64,000 bases of DNA from Trypanosoma brucei (Eukaryota). The position numbers and the translations under genes were made by a program. The notes under the pieces were generated by a model, which did no database searches, had not been told where the DNA came from, and saw only the letters and a program-made list of their open reading frames with translations. Below are positions 10,488-22,051 of this stretch, one piece after another. The stretch is taken from assembly GCA_000002445.1 (NCBI GenBank), contig CP000068.1, forward strand, positions 896,001 to 960,000, written 5' to 3'. Every line of letters starts with the position of its first letter. The first letter of the stretch is position 1.

Positions 10488-13400
10488 TTAAAGGAGGTTG
10501 ACAGACAAGAATATTTGTTTAAGGATGTGTGGGAGAGCCTGTGTGTCCATACATTCAAAGCCGTGTCCACTTGGCAGTTTCTCCCTCAGGTTCAGCGCCT
10601 GTTCGCCCAAAGTGGCAATAAAAATGCAGAACATTTGTACTTCTTGATTGCTTTCCATAATCTCACCGAGCTCGCCGGGCTCAATCCCGTATCGTGAGAG
10701 GTTTGCATCGCTAATCACGAAAACAAGGTACGCCTCACCCTTCTCCGCCGTGACGAGCTCAATACTCTGCCGCATCGCTTGGACGGTATTGTCGCCTGAC
10801 CAGCAGTACTGTGCGTGGGCAACCATACGTTGGCATACTTCCGCCCTTTCCTTTTGGTTAGTCGGTGGCTTGCCAAAGGGTACAAGCTCAATACACGCAC
10901 TGTCCCCGTTGTGACCTACCATGGCATAGTCAATTTTTTCTTCGTAGCCAGTGAACGCCTCCATAACCATCACCGTGGATTCGAGCAACTTCGTGAGCCT
11001 CTGATCCATCCCTTCAAACCGGTACATACTGGCACTTACATCTAGCACAAACAAGAGACGCTTCTTTCGCTTGAGCTGAAAGGGGCTGGCGTCAGCATAG
11101 TCGGCGCGCCGTTTGTAGATGTTACGCTCCCCAACGATGCCCTCTACAATCTTACTGTCATCCCATACTCCGTCCGTTTGGCCACGCAGCCACACGCGTT
11201 CACCTTCCGCAGCTTTAAGGCCACTTAACATACTCCTCAATATCGCCACAGGGGCACGCACCCGCCCCTGCAGCGCACCGTACCGCTCGTACTCCGTGGA
11301 GGTCATACCAATTTCCCGCAAGCGCTCCTGCAGTGCTACCCTTCCCATGCGTCTCGCTTCCTCTATTATATGTTGTGGAACCTGCTGCTTAGCTTCGGGC
11401 GATACTTGGTGAACCGGCCAGCCCTTGTCAAGACGGTACGGGCCAACAAGTCCGCCGAGGCCTGCAGTATCAGTCCCACCCGTACCGCCGGCGTATGTGT
11501 TGCCACCGTGATGTTCTTCATTATCCTCACGACCATGTTTCAGGTTATTAGATGCCGCATAGCGCGATGTACAGTAGGACATGCTAAGTTTCCCCTGAGG
11601 TGTGGCAGCTGCCGCCCCAACTTGTTTTACGGACCCTTGGAGCAAAGCGGAGAGTTGGCGATGGCGACATTCCACCCGTTCAGCTACGAGGTCACCTATC
11701 AACAGCTGCCGATTCACTTCATCATATCGAAGAATGTTACCCGCAACCTCGTCGAGGGAAAAACAAGGATAGGAAGGTTTCACCGACGATGAACGTGAGG
11801 ATGTTGTTGGCGTGGGAGCGAAATGGCGAACAGTATGATGATGATAATCGACGGCAAATAGAGAACCGCAAGTGTCAACTCCGTCGCTACCGCTGGCGAC
11901 CACAAGTTGTTTGTGCACACGGTCGATACCTATTGTTCCATGGTGATTCAAGTCAGAACACACAGCAGGGGAAATGCTGGGATTGGCAAAGGTGCGCATC
12001 GACCACGACTGCGATCGAGAAGAGTAACTCTCAACCATGGTGTACAAAACGCCTTCTTTCTCACTATCACTGCCAGCACCTGCGACGATGATAGCACCCT
12101 GGAGTTCCTCCGGTGTGACGGGCCCCATGGCTGCCTCAGTAGGCGTCGGTTCTTTCGTTCCCGTTAATCCTACTACAACTCCATTTATTTCATTGGGAAG
12201 CAAACAAAGACTTGCTGTCGCCACGCCATCAGACATTAATGAAAGCTTCATCACACCGCAAAACGTCGACTCAGACTTACTCAGGTGGACAGAAGCATAG
12301 TTGTTCGCAAAGAAGTGAATTCCCCGAATATCCTCCGCAGGAAGGGTTACACCGACACGGTGCCCGTTCGACCACACGTACAACTCCGGTTCGCGCGGTC
12401 GCGTCATGGCAACTAGGTTACATCCCGGGCAAACAGTGTGCCGAGTGAGTGCGACATCACTGGAGGGTGGCATCAAATGCACAACCAGCACCGATCCCAA
12501 CAGTTTATCACCAGCTGCGTCACCCTGACCTCTGACTTGCCCTCGTGGTAATGCAGTTGACGTTGAGCACAAACCAAGCGCGGACGCATCGGCAAGCAAA
12601 ATCGATCCTGAGGATGCACATGCAACTTCAACAAATGAAGGCGATGTCCCAAACGCACCATGCGAAGACTCCTTGAGGGCCTGAGAGGCTAAAATGCCGC
12701 TCGCCTCGGTGCCGAGGAAACGTAATGAAGAAGACGGAAGGGAGTTAAGAGGCAATAAGTCCGTTAAGTTAAGTAACTGTACCTGCCCTGCGGCAAGACG
12801 CTTCCGACCCACCGCAGTAGCCGCAATGGACGCAACAGACGGCAGACTCGCAATAGCTAAGAAAATCTCTGTTGTTGCGAGGGGACTGCTGCTGCCGTTC
12901 ATTTCCTCTCGAAGCACATGCTGGCGGGTAAAAAGGACGGCAACACTCTTGGACTCCCCCACCACGCACTCAGGAGCTTCCACGGCTACACGAATCACGC
13001 GGTCGCCCTGTTGCAGAAATGGTAGCCTTGTTGCTGTAGTCCATTCACTAAAACCGACGAGCCCACCGTTCGCCGAAACATCTGCGGCGAAGTCCGTGGC
13101 ATTATATGATTCACACCAAACAGGAGCAGACTTCCAGTTTATTGCACCACCACACTCCAAATCCGTGAGCCGTCGCACTGGTAGAGACATTACTACTTCC
13201 CCCAGTTTTAACGGCAAAAACGCCGGTGATTTCGCCGACATGTGAATCAGCGATGGTGAAGGCCGCAGTGGCACAGCTCGGCTGGTACGCAAAGGTAACA
13301 GCTTCTGCATTCCACCAAACTGTACCAGTGGATCCAAATGCAGCCGTAGTACATTGCGAACAAGACGCAGTGTATTTTCGTCAAACACGTCGAAGTTGAA

Positions 13401-16400
13401 GATATTATTTAGAGCTGCGTACACGCCATCACCTGGGAACATTGACATGTGCCTTACAACAGCGATGAGCTCCCGTAACGAAAAAGGGTAAGTAATGTTC
13501 CCTTCCTCAAAATCGGTTTGAAGACGTTGAAAACATTCAATAAGGCTCATCAGCAGAGCATCTGGAATGTTCACGCCATACGCTCTCAGAACCTGCAACT
13601 GCGAGTGGGCATCGGCATTGAGCATCACAGACGGTGCAAATAAGTCGCCACATTCCCGGTAGAAGTCATTGCCGTGGAATGGAAAACCGGGCGGGTTTGC
13701 CAACACAATGACTCGAAAATCAGGGTGCATGTTAATGATATTTTTTTGTTCGCTAGATCCGTAATCACTGGAAGAAATGCTAAATCGTACGACGTGCGCA
13801 CGTGGACCAAGTATTTGCCGTCCATCGCGGAGCCTCATCTCGTGATCCTCGATGAGTCCTTTTAGCACTTGTACCACCTCTACGGGTGCCTTGTCAATTT
13901 CATCAACAACAAGGCAGTGTCCCTGCTGCACCGCCCGTACTAGTGGTGAGTCTGCCCATACAACTCGACCGTTCTCGACTGTGGGATTGATAGTAAGGCT
14001 ACCGACTGTGGTGTCTCGATGTAGCTGAATATACTCCCGAGGGGTACCAACGCGTGCGAGAAAGGCATCGACAACCTTGTTTTTGCCAACACCTTGGTTC
14101 CCTATTAGGAGAATGTTGTTCCCCACGGCGTACTGTTTAGCGAGCCACACAATGACGGACTCATGAACAGGGTTGGGGTGAAAGTGTGGCACGTGCGGTA
14201 CCATGGCCTTCTCCTTCGCTCCGTAATTGCGGTTGATGCGGAGAATAGGTTTATCACCCAATCCAAAGACACGAGATACTTCAATTCCTTCAGCTTTACC
14301 GGCGCCAGCATTAGGAATAGTTGGGTCACAGGGGAGTAGGAACTCTTTAAGGGAATGGCAGTTCAACGTTTCCCCCATGCTACTCTTTGAAACGGATGAT
14401 GATCGCAGTGGATCCTGCTTGCGTTCCGCGAGCCCACTCGTACAGGTAAATCCACAAATCTGCATCACCTGACGCACTTTTTCTGCTACCAATGAACTCA
14501 GCAGTGGGAGTAGCAGCGTAGATTCAACACTAATGTTAAAGTCATCAGGATAACGAACGCGAAAGCGGGTAAGGTTTAGCAGCTGTCGAAGGCTTAGCTG
14601 CGGCGTTTTTGGTTCCGTGACTTGTAATCGCTCAAGTTCATCACGCAGCCGCAGCAGGGTATCCACATCACGCTTCAATCCTGATGATATCCCGCCCTCA
14701 GGGCCCACTGAGGCGCGGATACCGTCTACCTTTTCGTTCCCACAAAATTGCAACTCCAACTCAGCCACGCGAAGGAGAATGGCACGAAATAACGACTGCG
14801 AACATGACGGCATTTGGACAACCCCAAACAGCTCGGTGACATCGTGTGTAACGCGCCATTGGTTTTGCCACACTTTGTTGCCTGTCCCATTGCTGTTAAG
14901 CGCAGGAAATCGCGCTGTACCCACCACACGGAATGAAGGATGTATGGGAAATATGCGACGTGCCTTCATTTCCTCTTCGGTGGCGCGCAGCTTCTCCTTA
15001 ATGATCCCATACTCCTTGAACGATTTCAGCACGGACCCGTCGCAGAGTGAGGTGCTCCCGTCAATAAGGAGTTGCTGCAGCGAACTGAGCATCCCTAAAG
15101 GCATTTTATCAATTCCATCAAGTACAGCCATGCGACCGTTGAGTGCTGCGTCAACGAGTGCACTGTTCTGCCACACCGTGTCACCACTTACCGAATCGGT
15201 AGCTCGTCTCTGAAAAAGGTCTTTGATCGTCATATCCGCATAGAGGTACATAGTCTCCGTCTGGTAACCAAGAAGGCGCGCAAATTCGTGGAGCAACGTC
15301 GTTTTGCCACTTCCACTGGATCCCAGCAGCAAGATATGCCGCCCCGCAATGTGCAACTGCAACATGGACTGTAAAACGTGAACATGTCCTGGTGTAAAGA
15401 CTGTGCTCGAACTGCTACAGTACACTTTCACATCAACCGTTCTCCACTTTCTACCACTAGAAGGCGATGAAGGCCCACCACGCGATGATTTGAGAGCAAA
15501 TTCACCCAAATATAACGGAAGTTGATATTTCCCCTTCATCCCGTCGACACAAGCGTCGCCTACCACCACAGGGTGCTGCAACACGGCCAACACCTTCGAC
15601 TTTGCAACACGAACATTGTCTATAAACACAACATCATTATAATGCTTTGAAGAACGAACAGCGCAATCTTCATGCGTACAGTGATCTGTTGGTTTGCCAC
15701 TATCCCGTACGCTGACATCACTATGGTGGCAAATATGGTTTGACAGGGGAGTACCAATGTCACACGCGGCTAGCACCCTTTCGTAATCTCGAAGGCGTCT
15801 CATCGACTCTTCATAGGTGCCACTACCCGAACCAGTTTGTTGTGCATATAGCGTCCACGGGAAGGATCGTAGTAACAACTCACTCACTGGAACATCAGGA
15901 AATAGCATAAACTGTCGGAAGACTTGAGCCACCTCGTAACTTCCAATGGTCTGCAGCCCGCAAAGCGAAGACACACAACCACCAACAGCGCTGTCGCGGC
16001 CCTGGGTACCGCCAGAGGTGAATCCCCGCGTGCGCGCATTCATCTCCTCGATGGAAGCGCGCAGTTTAAGCAACGATTCAAAAACACCTCTTGCACGACC
16101 ACCAGGCGCCATATTGGTAACGTTTGTCGCTGCCAGGGTGGGTGGAGGAAGGTCAACATACAAGCATTGAAACCGTGAACGAAGCGGCGGATCCAGTGGT
16201 GTACCATCATACGGGGGAACTGGGGCAGTGATCCCAATGACACGAAAACTTTCCGACACGCGAATAAACCCCATACGCTGCAACTTCGCGTGAACCGCCT
16301 GCGGGATTTGGTTACCAATGCCACCTTCCACGTTAGCATCTTGCCTACCTCCTTTCAGTTCCTCACAGAGTGCCTCGTTGAAAATCTTATCATACCGCTC

Positions 16401-17081
16401 TGGGTGGATCAGCACCATCCCATTCTCAAGATGCATTTCGCGGTTCTCCAACAAGTTATTTATCACTGGAAGTACATTCCGTTCTACCCTCTCCAACCCC
16501 TCTAACAATAGCAGTTGTCCTTCGCGGGCAGCGATGACAACGCTCTGATCCTCATAAGAGAGCGTTCCGTTACGAATTTCCCGCCGTTGGCCGAGATCAC
16601 CCTCGTTTGTGTCACGATTGAGGGACACACACTGCACTTCGCGACGTGTGAGTCGAGAGTACAGCAACACCAGCCACCGCAGCGCAGGACCAGGCTCCCC
16701 TGTTAGGCACATGTCCTGTTTAAGGAGTTCCTTCTGACAGATCCAGCGTAGGTATTGGCGTGTGGCATTGTCTCCTAAATGAAAGAACATATCCCCTACA
16801 TCCAATGACAGTTCGTCCGCAGCGTCTTCGCCGATGTGAAAAGCACCGCTGTTGGTGGTGTCACCCGGCAAGACCCACGTAACCCTCTCTGGGTGAGAAA
16901 CGTTCGCAGGAACGGGAACTGTAACGTCACCGATTGTGAGGCTTACATCGCGGTTACAAGCAAGGGAGCTACCGCTCATTATCGTTACACTCCTGATTGG
17001 TGTTTGACTAACAGTTCCACTTGTATACACTTTTAACACAGCGCGAATAAAACCAGAAAACAAGAGCTGGCGGCGTATCAT
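10488..17081 (-). CDS. Giant AAA+ ATPase / von Willebrand factor A domain protein, VWA8-like (about 2200 aa)
   Basis: Track ORF 10488..17102 starts at a TTG; the first ATG is at 17081 (MIRRQLLF...). There are at least two intact P-loops, 'LLLGSSGSGKTTLL' and 'LLIGNQGVGKNKVV', each with downstream 'hhhhDE' Walker-B-like motifs ('CLVVDEIDKAP', 'AVLDGIDKMP'). The C-terminal vWA domain carries a MIDAS pattern ('LFVLDVSASMYRF...GDNT...FVISDAN'). The domain order (AAA modules first, vWA last) matches metazoan VWA8. Confidence 0.75.
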   Translation of the reverse strand: MIRRQLLFSGFIRAVLKVYTSGTVSQTPIRSVTIMSGSSLACNRDVSLTIGDVTVPVPANVSHPERVTWVLPGDTTNSGAFHIGEDAADELSLDVGDMFFHLGDNATRQYLRWICQKELLKQDMCLTGEPGPALRWLVLLYSRLTRREVQCVSLNRDTNEGDLGQRREIRNGTLSYEDQSVVIAAREGQLLLLEGLERVERNVLPVINNLLENREMHLENGMVLIHPERYDKIFNEALCEELKGGRQDANVEGGIGNQIPQAVHAKLQRMGFIRVSESFRVIGITAPVPPYDGTPLDPPLRSRFQCLYVDLPPPTLAATNVTNMAPGGRARGVFESLLKLRASIEEMNARTRGFTSGGTQGRDSAVGGCVSSLCGLQTIGSYEVAQVFRQFMLFPDVPVSELLLRSFPWTLYAQQTGSGSGTYEESMRRLRDYERVLAACDIGTPLSNHICHHSDVSVRDSGKPTDHCTHEDCAVRSSKHYNDVVFIDNVRVAKSKVLAVLQHPVVVGDACVDGMKGKYQLPLYLGEFALKSSRGGPSSPSSGRKWRTVDVKVYCSSSSTVFTPGHVHVLQSMLQLHIAGRHILLLGSSGSGKTTLLHEFARLLGYQTETMYLYADMTIKDLFQRRATDSVSGDTVWQNSALVDAALNGRMAVLDGIDKMPLGMLSSLQQLLIDGSTSLCDGSVLKSFKEYGIIKEKLRATEEEMKARRIFPIHPSFRVVGTARFPALNSNGTGNKVWQNQWRVTHDVTELFGVVQMPSCSQSLFRAILLRVAELELQFCGNEKVDGIRASVGPEGGISSGLKRDVDTLLRLRDELERLQVTEPKTPQLSLRQLLNLTRFRVRYPDDFNISVESTLLLPLLSSLVAEKVRQVMQICGFTCTSGLAERKQDPLRSSSVSKSSMGETLNCHSLKEFLLPCDPTIPNAGAGKAEGIEVSRVFGLGDKPILRINRNYGAKEKAMVPHVPHFHPNPVHESVIVWLAKQYAVGNNILLIGNQGVGKNKVVDAFLARVGTPREYIQLHRDTTVGSLTINPTVENGRVVWADSPLVRAVQQGHCLVVDEIDKAPVEVVQVLKGLIEDHEMRLRDGRQILGPRAHVVRFSISSSDYGSSEQKNIINMHPDFRVIVLANPPGFPFHGNDFYRECGDLFAPSVMLNADAHSQLQVLRAYGVNIPDALLMSLIECFQRLQTDFEEGNITYPFSLRELIAVVRHMSMFPGDGVYAALNNIFNFDVFDENTLRLVRNVLRLHLDPLVQFGGMQKLLPLRTSRAVPLRPSPSLIHMSAKSPAFLPLKLGEVVMSLPVRRLTDLECGGAINWKSAPVWCESYNATDFAADVSANGGLVGFSEWTTATRLPFLQQGDRVIRVAVEAPECVVGESKSVAVLFTRQHVLREEMNGSSSPLATTEIFLAIASLPSVASIAATAVGRKRLAAGQVQLLNLTDLLPLNSLPSSSLRFLGTEASGILASQALKESSHGAFGTSPSFVEVACASSGSILLADASALGLCSTSTALPRGQVRGQGDAAGDKLLGSVLVVHLMPPSSDVALTRHTVCPGCNLVAMTRPREPELYVWSNGHRVGVTLPAEDIRGIHFFANNYASVHLSKSESTFCGVMKLSLMSDGVATASLCLLPNEINGVVVGLTGTKEPTPTEAAMGPVTPEELQGAIIVAGAGSDSEKEGVLYTMVESYSSRSQSWSMRTFANPSISPAVCSDLNHHGTIGIDRVHKQLVVASGSDGVDTCGSLFAVDYHHHTVRHFAPTPTTSSRSSSVKPSYPCFSLDEVAGNILRYDEVNRQLLIGDLVAERVECRHRQLSALLQGSVKQVGAAAATPQGKLSMSYCTSRYAASNNLKHGREDNEEHHGGNTYAGGTGGTDTAGLGGLVGPYRLDKGWPVHQVSPEAKQQVPQHIIEEARRMGRVALQERLREIGMTSTEYERYGALQGRVRAPVAILRSMLSGLKAAEGERVWLRGQTDGVWDDSKIVEGIVGERNIYKRRADYADASPFQLKRKKRLLFVLDVSASMYRFEGMDQRLTKLLESTVMVMEAFTGYEEKIDYAMVGHNGDSACIELVPFGKPPTNQKERAEVCQRMVAHAQYCWSGDNTVQAMRQSIELVTAEKGEAYLVFVISDANLSRYGIEPGELGEIMESNQEVQMFCIFIATLGEQALNLREKLPSGHGFECMDTQALPHILKQIFLSVNLL

Positions 17082-17906
17082 AGAACACGATAATAACGAC
17101 AAGATATCCCACTCCGATGTGCAGATTTGCGAGCACGTCTGCCTTGGATATCCGATGTCAATCTGTACTCAAGGCCAAAGACAGCAGAAAACACAGAGAC
17201 TAAATACAGTTCTGCAGTGCAAAATGTGCTCTAAAGGAGGGCAAGAAGGCCAGACAGAGTGTATCGGTACGTACGGTTGATTAGATATTAGTTCTCGAAC
17301 AAACAAAAATCACGCAAAATACAAGTTAAAAAAAATCACTCAGGAAATAATTTTATTGAAAGGGTTGATTTCACAGTATATGGGGAAGGTCTGAAAAGGG
17401 GCCCGGCATGTCCCGCCACAAAAAAAAAAAAGAAAGCTCTTATCACCCCCTCAGCTGGAGTGATTTGGTGTTTCTATCAACCAACGCCCGTAGCATCATT
17501 CCCCTGAGATTTTCCTTCATATCCAGAAGAGAAAAAAAGATTTACGGCGATGAAGTTTGCAGCAGCATTCGATCATGGAGGCAATAGCCCGTTTGACTCA
17601 AAGCTGCACCAGCGCTAAAAGAGTAAGGAACAAACGCAGAAATATAAGATGTGTTTCTTTGTGAATCTAATGTCGCCAGCTCTACCATATTACAGGATGC
17701 CCCGGAGAGAAGTGTGGGTAATATTGCGACAGACAACGCCATATGCACGACAAGAGCACAGTTGGGTGTACTCGACGTGCTCTTCGCACGGGCACCAAGG
17801 AAATAGCGCCGCAAAGGAAAACGTTCTGCGATAGGCAGTAAAAATAATAATAATAATAATCGAAAGCGTGCGCTCGATTTCAAACAATAAAAGGTATAGG
17901 TAACGA

Positions 17907-19667
17907 TCACTTGATGATATTGGACTCCGCATGTATAGCCAATACTCGTTTAACAAGCTTGTCGCACCACGCTACGTGACGCTCCATAAGCACGTCGTCG
18001 TCCGCTATTGCCCTTTCCGTTGACGTAGCATCCCCCAACCCTTGAGAAGACAAACCAGACGACAAAGACGTGGCCCCTCCCGTTTCATCCGTTCGCACCT
18101 CCATCCGCCGGGAAAGACGACTGCGTAGCTCCATCCATGTCTTTGGGGTCCGCAGGCGTGCATAATTAACCACTGCTACATCGTCAAATGGATAACACAG
18201 GGCGTGCGCGACGCTGACAACGCCACGGGAAACACCCTCTGGTGAGTACCCACCCTCTAGTACCGCCACCAAACCGATGGTCCCTTGCGACTGCAGGCAA
18301 AATCGCTTTAGCGCACGAACCACATACGCAAACCCTCCTTCCACAGCCATCCGCCCAAGTGGATCGCCGTGTGCGGCGTCGAAGCCAAGCGAAAGTAGGA
18401 TGATATTAGGGTGGAATTGTTCCAACCTTGGTAAAAACACATCGTCAACGACACGCGCAAAAAGCATATCACTTATAACCTCTTCGCAACGCGCAGGGTC
18501 GGTAGCCGCGGTGTCAACAGCGACGTTGCAAATATTACGATGTTGGCCAACATAGGAGGTCGCACCAGCGGGATCACACGGGTAAAAAGAACCTCGGTCA
18601 TAACGATGAAGAGAGAGGTACAGAAGTTGCGGCTCAACTTCAACAAATGACTGAGTTCCCTCACCATGGTGTACGTCGATGTCAACTATGGCTATGCGAG
18701 GTCGCTCTGGTATATCCCTTTCTTCGGAGGGAACTGAACGGCTACCTCCGACGCCACAATCGTATTTAACGTGCCAGTCTTGCAACAACTGCATTGCGGC
18801 AATCGCAACATTATTCACCAAACAAAAGCCGCTCGGGGTGTCAGCGCTGGCATGGTGTCCCGGAGGGCGAACAAGGCAAAAAGCAAATGCCGGAGAGCCA
18901 CTGAGGGCGCGACGCGCTGCATCAACCACCGCACCGACAGACAACCGAGTCGCTATACTGCTCGTTTTACCGTTGCAATACACATCTGTCTTAAGTGGAG
19001 GGAGCAATGCTGTGCCCTCTTCAATAAAACATCGGTAGCGATGAATATTGTGACACAATGTAACTTCATCTAGCGTTGCTAAACGGGGCGGAATCCATAA
19101 CGGAGTTCCGCTGGGCGCCGCGGACGGCGTCTCGCCTGCTGTTGCACCAGTTCCCACAGGCGCACCTTCACGAGGAGGGGACCTTTCTCCAGAACTTTGC
19201 AGTTCCATAGGCAAAAAATGAGCAGCACGCGGCGCCGAGCGTAGTGCCTCAACAGCGCGCTGCAAACGATAGGGTGTTTCCGGCACACGGTCAACGGGGG
19301 GAACGTGCTCAAGCACTCTAGGATCGTATGCCCATGCAACTGACACGTCCGGTAGAAACAGGTCACTATTATCATTATCCGTCTTGGCAGCATCCAACAT
19401 GGCAGGTCCAGAAACGAACACTTCCATTCCATTTTTTAGACTTCCAAAAAAGGTGATTCCTTGGGCGTCGACGAGACTTTCAACACCTGAAGCTTCCACA
19501 CCTACACGGAGCGCCACTTGATCAACCGGCTCCACCAGCTTTCCACGACGGATAGCAGCGGTTGTGCAGAGTCGTGGGTCCGCTTGGCACCTAACAGTCA
19601 CGTCACCGTCAAGATCCAGCTGGCGCCCATGAGCCCAGGGATTTTTATTCCGTTCCCTCACAGACAT
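17907..19667 (-). CDS. Histone deacetylase (arginase/deacetylase fold), class-II-like; possibly the T. brucei DAC4 orthologue (from memory, unverified)
   Basis: Track ORF starts at a TTG at 19748; the first ATG is at 19667 (MSVRERNK...). Canonical HDAC motifs are present: 'RPPGHHASADTPSGFCLVNNVAIAA', 'IVDIDVHHGEGTQ' and 'LEGGYSPEGVS'. It is the first gene of the minus-strand unit, next to the strand-switch region. Confidence 0.85.
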   Translation of the reverse strand: MSVRERNKNPWAHGRQLDLDGDVTVRCQADPRLCTTAAIRRGKLVEPVDQVALRVGVEASGVESLVDAQGITFFGSLKNGMEVFVSGPAMLDAAKTDNDNSDLFLPDVSVAWAYDPRVLEHVPPVDRVPETPYRLQRAVEALRSAPRAAHFLPMELQSSGERSPPREGAPVGTGATAGETPSAAPSGTPLWIPPRLATLDEVTLCHNIHRYRCFIEEGTALLPPLKTDVYCNGKTSSIATRLSVGAVVDAARRALSGSPAFAFCLVRPPGHHASADTPSGFCLVNNVAIAAMQLLQDWHVKYDCGVGGSRSVPSEERDIPERPRIAIVDIDVHHGEGTQSFVEVEPQLLYLSLHRYDRGSFYPCDPAGATSYVGQHRNICNVAVDTAATDPARCEEVISDMLFARVVDDVFLPRLEQFHPNIILLSLGFDAAHGDPLGRMAVEGGFAYVVRALKRFCLQSQGTIGLVAVLEGGYSPEGVSRGVVSVAHALCYPFDDVAVVNYARLRTPKTWMELRSRLSRRMEVRTDETGGATSLSSGLSSQGLGDATSTERAIADDDVLMERHVAWCDKLVKRVLAIHAESNIIK

Positions 19668-22026
19668 ACGATAGAGTTGACTAAGTAAACACTTATCGAT
19701 ATTTATTACGTCGGATGCAGGTAAACAACGAAAAGATAGCAGACACAACCAAAAAAAAACCTGGGTTTGAAAAATACAATTTCGGACTTCCTCTCCGGAA
19801 CCAAGGCATTTATATATTTAAGGCTCCTCACTCAATCATTCCCCTGTTGTCTAAAAGAAAATTTCTCGAATATGAAATGCATTTGAGAGAGGTTGTTTAC
19901 ACCACAAGAGCACCTCATTGTTACACAGACATATCTGTCACCGAGCCTCAGCTACACCAACACGTTCAACTGTTTGTAAATCACAACTAAAGTCGACTGA
20001 GCATACAGGGGAAGTAATGCCCCACACACAGGAACAAATATATATATTTGCTTCAGTATCTGAAGCGCTAAACATCGCTTTAAAGCTCATTATACAACGC
20101 AGCACACACGGTAGTCATCAAAACACTAATACCAACACACCCGCATCCCCCCCCCCGGAAGCCATAATAAATAATGAACACTGGGTAGAACAATCAAACT
20201 CTCCCACAGTTAACTCCGCCGATGTGTCTATTGGCGCTCCACGGTAGAGCTCTTCCACTATTCGAACGAAGTATTCGTAAGTTAATTCAACGCGACACCA
20301 AATATGTGACTCTCGGGTTGTCCAGCAGCTCTTAGCAAAGGGGTAGTATTTCAGTTACACCTGATCTAACAGCTATTCCTCGGCACCGCGCATAGTTAGA
20401 TAGATAACTTACGTTTTCAAAAGTGCACTGCTAACAACAGACACTTTACCACGTCATTTTCTACAACGCAGCAGTGAATATTAACTTTGTCTTTGGGCGA
20501 TGGCTTTGGGAATAGAGTCATCACTGCCACGCCATCGTGTTTTCCCCCTGTATATAACGCAATTTAACCGTTCGTCTTCAAGTGTCAGACCCTCCTTCGA
20601 GAACAAACTTTTTTAAAGAAAAAGAGGAGAGAGTAAGAAGCACGATATGTATATTGCAGACTACCCGCGAGAGTCAGAATGATATCCGTCTTTATCTTAT
20701 CCTTTACCGTTCCCTTGTTATATATTTTCCCCCCGCGACCCGGCTGTATCTCATATCGCGCAACAGGCAGACCAGAAGATTTTCTTTCAAAAGGCCAAAC
20801 GGTGAAGGAGACAGCGTTTACTACCTTGCCGTATTGCTCCACGAAGTCGTGTTATGAGTTGATTCAACGAGTAGATATCCCACTACCAGGCGCTGTTAAC
20901 AACGCAGCTAAGCAGTTATTTGCCAGGTGGGCGAGTCCAGACACACGAACTTATGAGGAATAGAAAACACCTAGTAGAGAATTGTGCGAGAATAAAAAAA
21001 CGAAACAAAAGAAATGATAAGTGAGACCATCTAACCCTAAACATTAGAAGCAACTTCAGCAAACACTTCAGTCGGACCACGCATTAGCACTCCATTGTTC
21101 ACGATGCCATAACGAAGCTACAAACTAACGTGGAAGGTAAGATTTTTACCCGACACCACTACTAAGTTAGGAGTTTCCATATGTGTCCGCTCAGCCAGTT
21201 ACAAAGTACAAAATAAAACATGACACCTCGCTGATAGAAAGTAAATGCGTCCAAACCACGTTGCCAGGGACTCACATTTAAAATGTTAAGAACACTGAAC
21301 AAAGCCGCTACAACTGTGGCAACAAAAAGAATTGGAATATGCAAAAGAAACAAATGATCGGGGGAAACGCAGCATTTCGCAGAATCACCACTGACGTAGG
21401 GCGTGATCCACCAAGCCGTGCGCACATTCTTTAGCGTTATGATGCACCTACACGACCATCAAAAAGGAACACTGACAAGGAAGCTCCCCGCCCAACCGAC
21501 AAACCCATATTAAATCCCCAGGTAATCGAAACGGATAATATTGAATACCATTACAGGAACCTATAATAATTACTCAATATTCTATATTCAAAGTACCCTT
21601 TTTCCTTTTAAAGGAAAAAGATAGAAACCATAGTTAGGTTACGTGCTTTTCATTGTTGCATCCCGACTTTCTAACGTTGTAGTAACTAAATTCAGCTACA
21701 GAAGGGTACATTAGCACAAAAGTGTCTCTCTGTGGTAGGGCTTCGTGATTTGGTATAGAGCATTATGCCACATGCTAATGTGGCACATTTGGAAACCCCA
21801 TGTTGTCATCTCACCACCAAACAAACTAGTAGAGGTAATGCCACATCGGTGCGTACAAATGATATCAAAAACACCTGTGTGTGGCGTGTAACATCTCATT
21901 CGACCCTTATAAAGCCTATTACCAACTATGCTTTGTTGACAATAAGAACGTCGTATTTCCCAATATATAAACGTGAACACATAACTAGCATTTGAATATG
22001 CAAAGAGGAATGGGGAAAATCCACCT

Positions 22027-22051
22027 CATATATATATATATATATATATAT
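22027..22051. repeat. (AT)12 microsatellite
   Basis: 'atatatatatatatatatatatata' followed by T6. Confidence 0.95.

Noticed and set aside
21031-21040. Telomerase RNA template hypothesis for the CTAACCCTAA motif
   Set aside because: A 10-nt match is expected by chance at about this frequency. There is no flanking structure or second repeat, and the element is not obviously transcribed from the sequence alone.
21765-21784. Perfect 8-bp inverted repeat with a 4-nt loop (tgccacat gcta atgtggca), and a smaller imperfect palindrome at about 21596-21619
   Set aside because: Stems this short are expected by chance in 64 kb. No associated conserved motif or gene.
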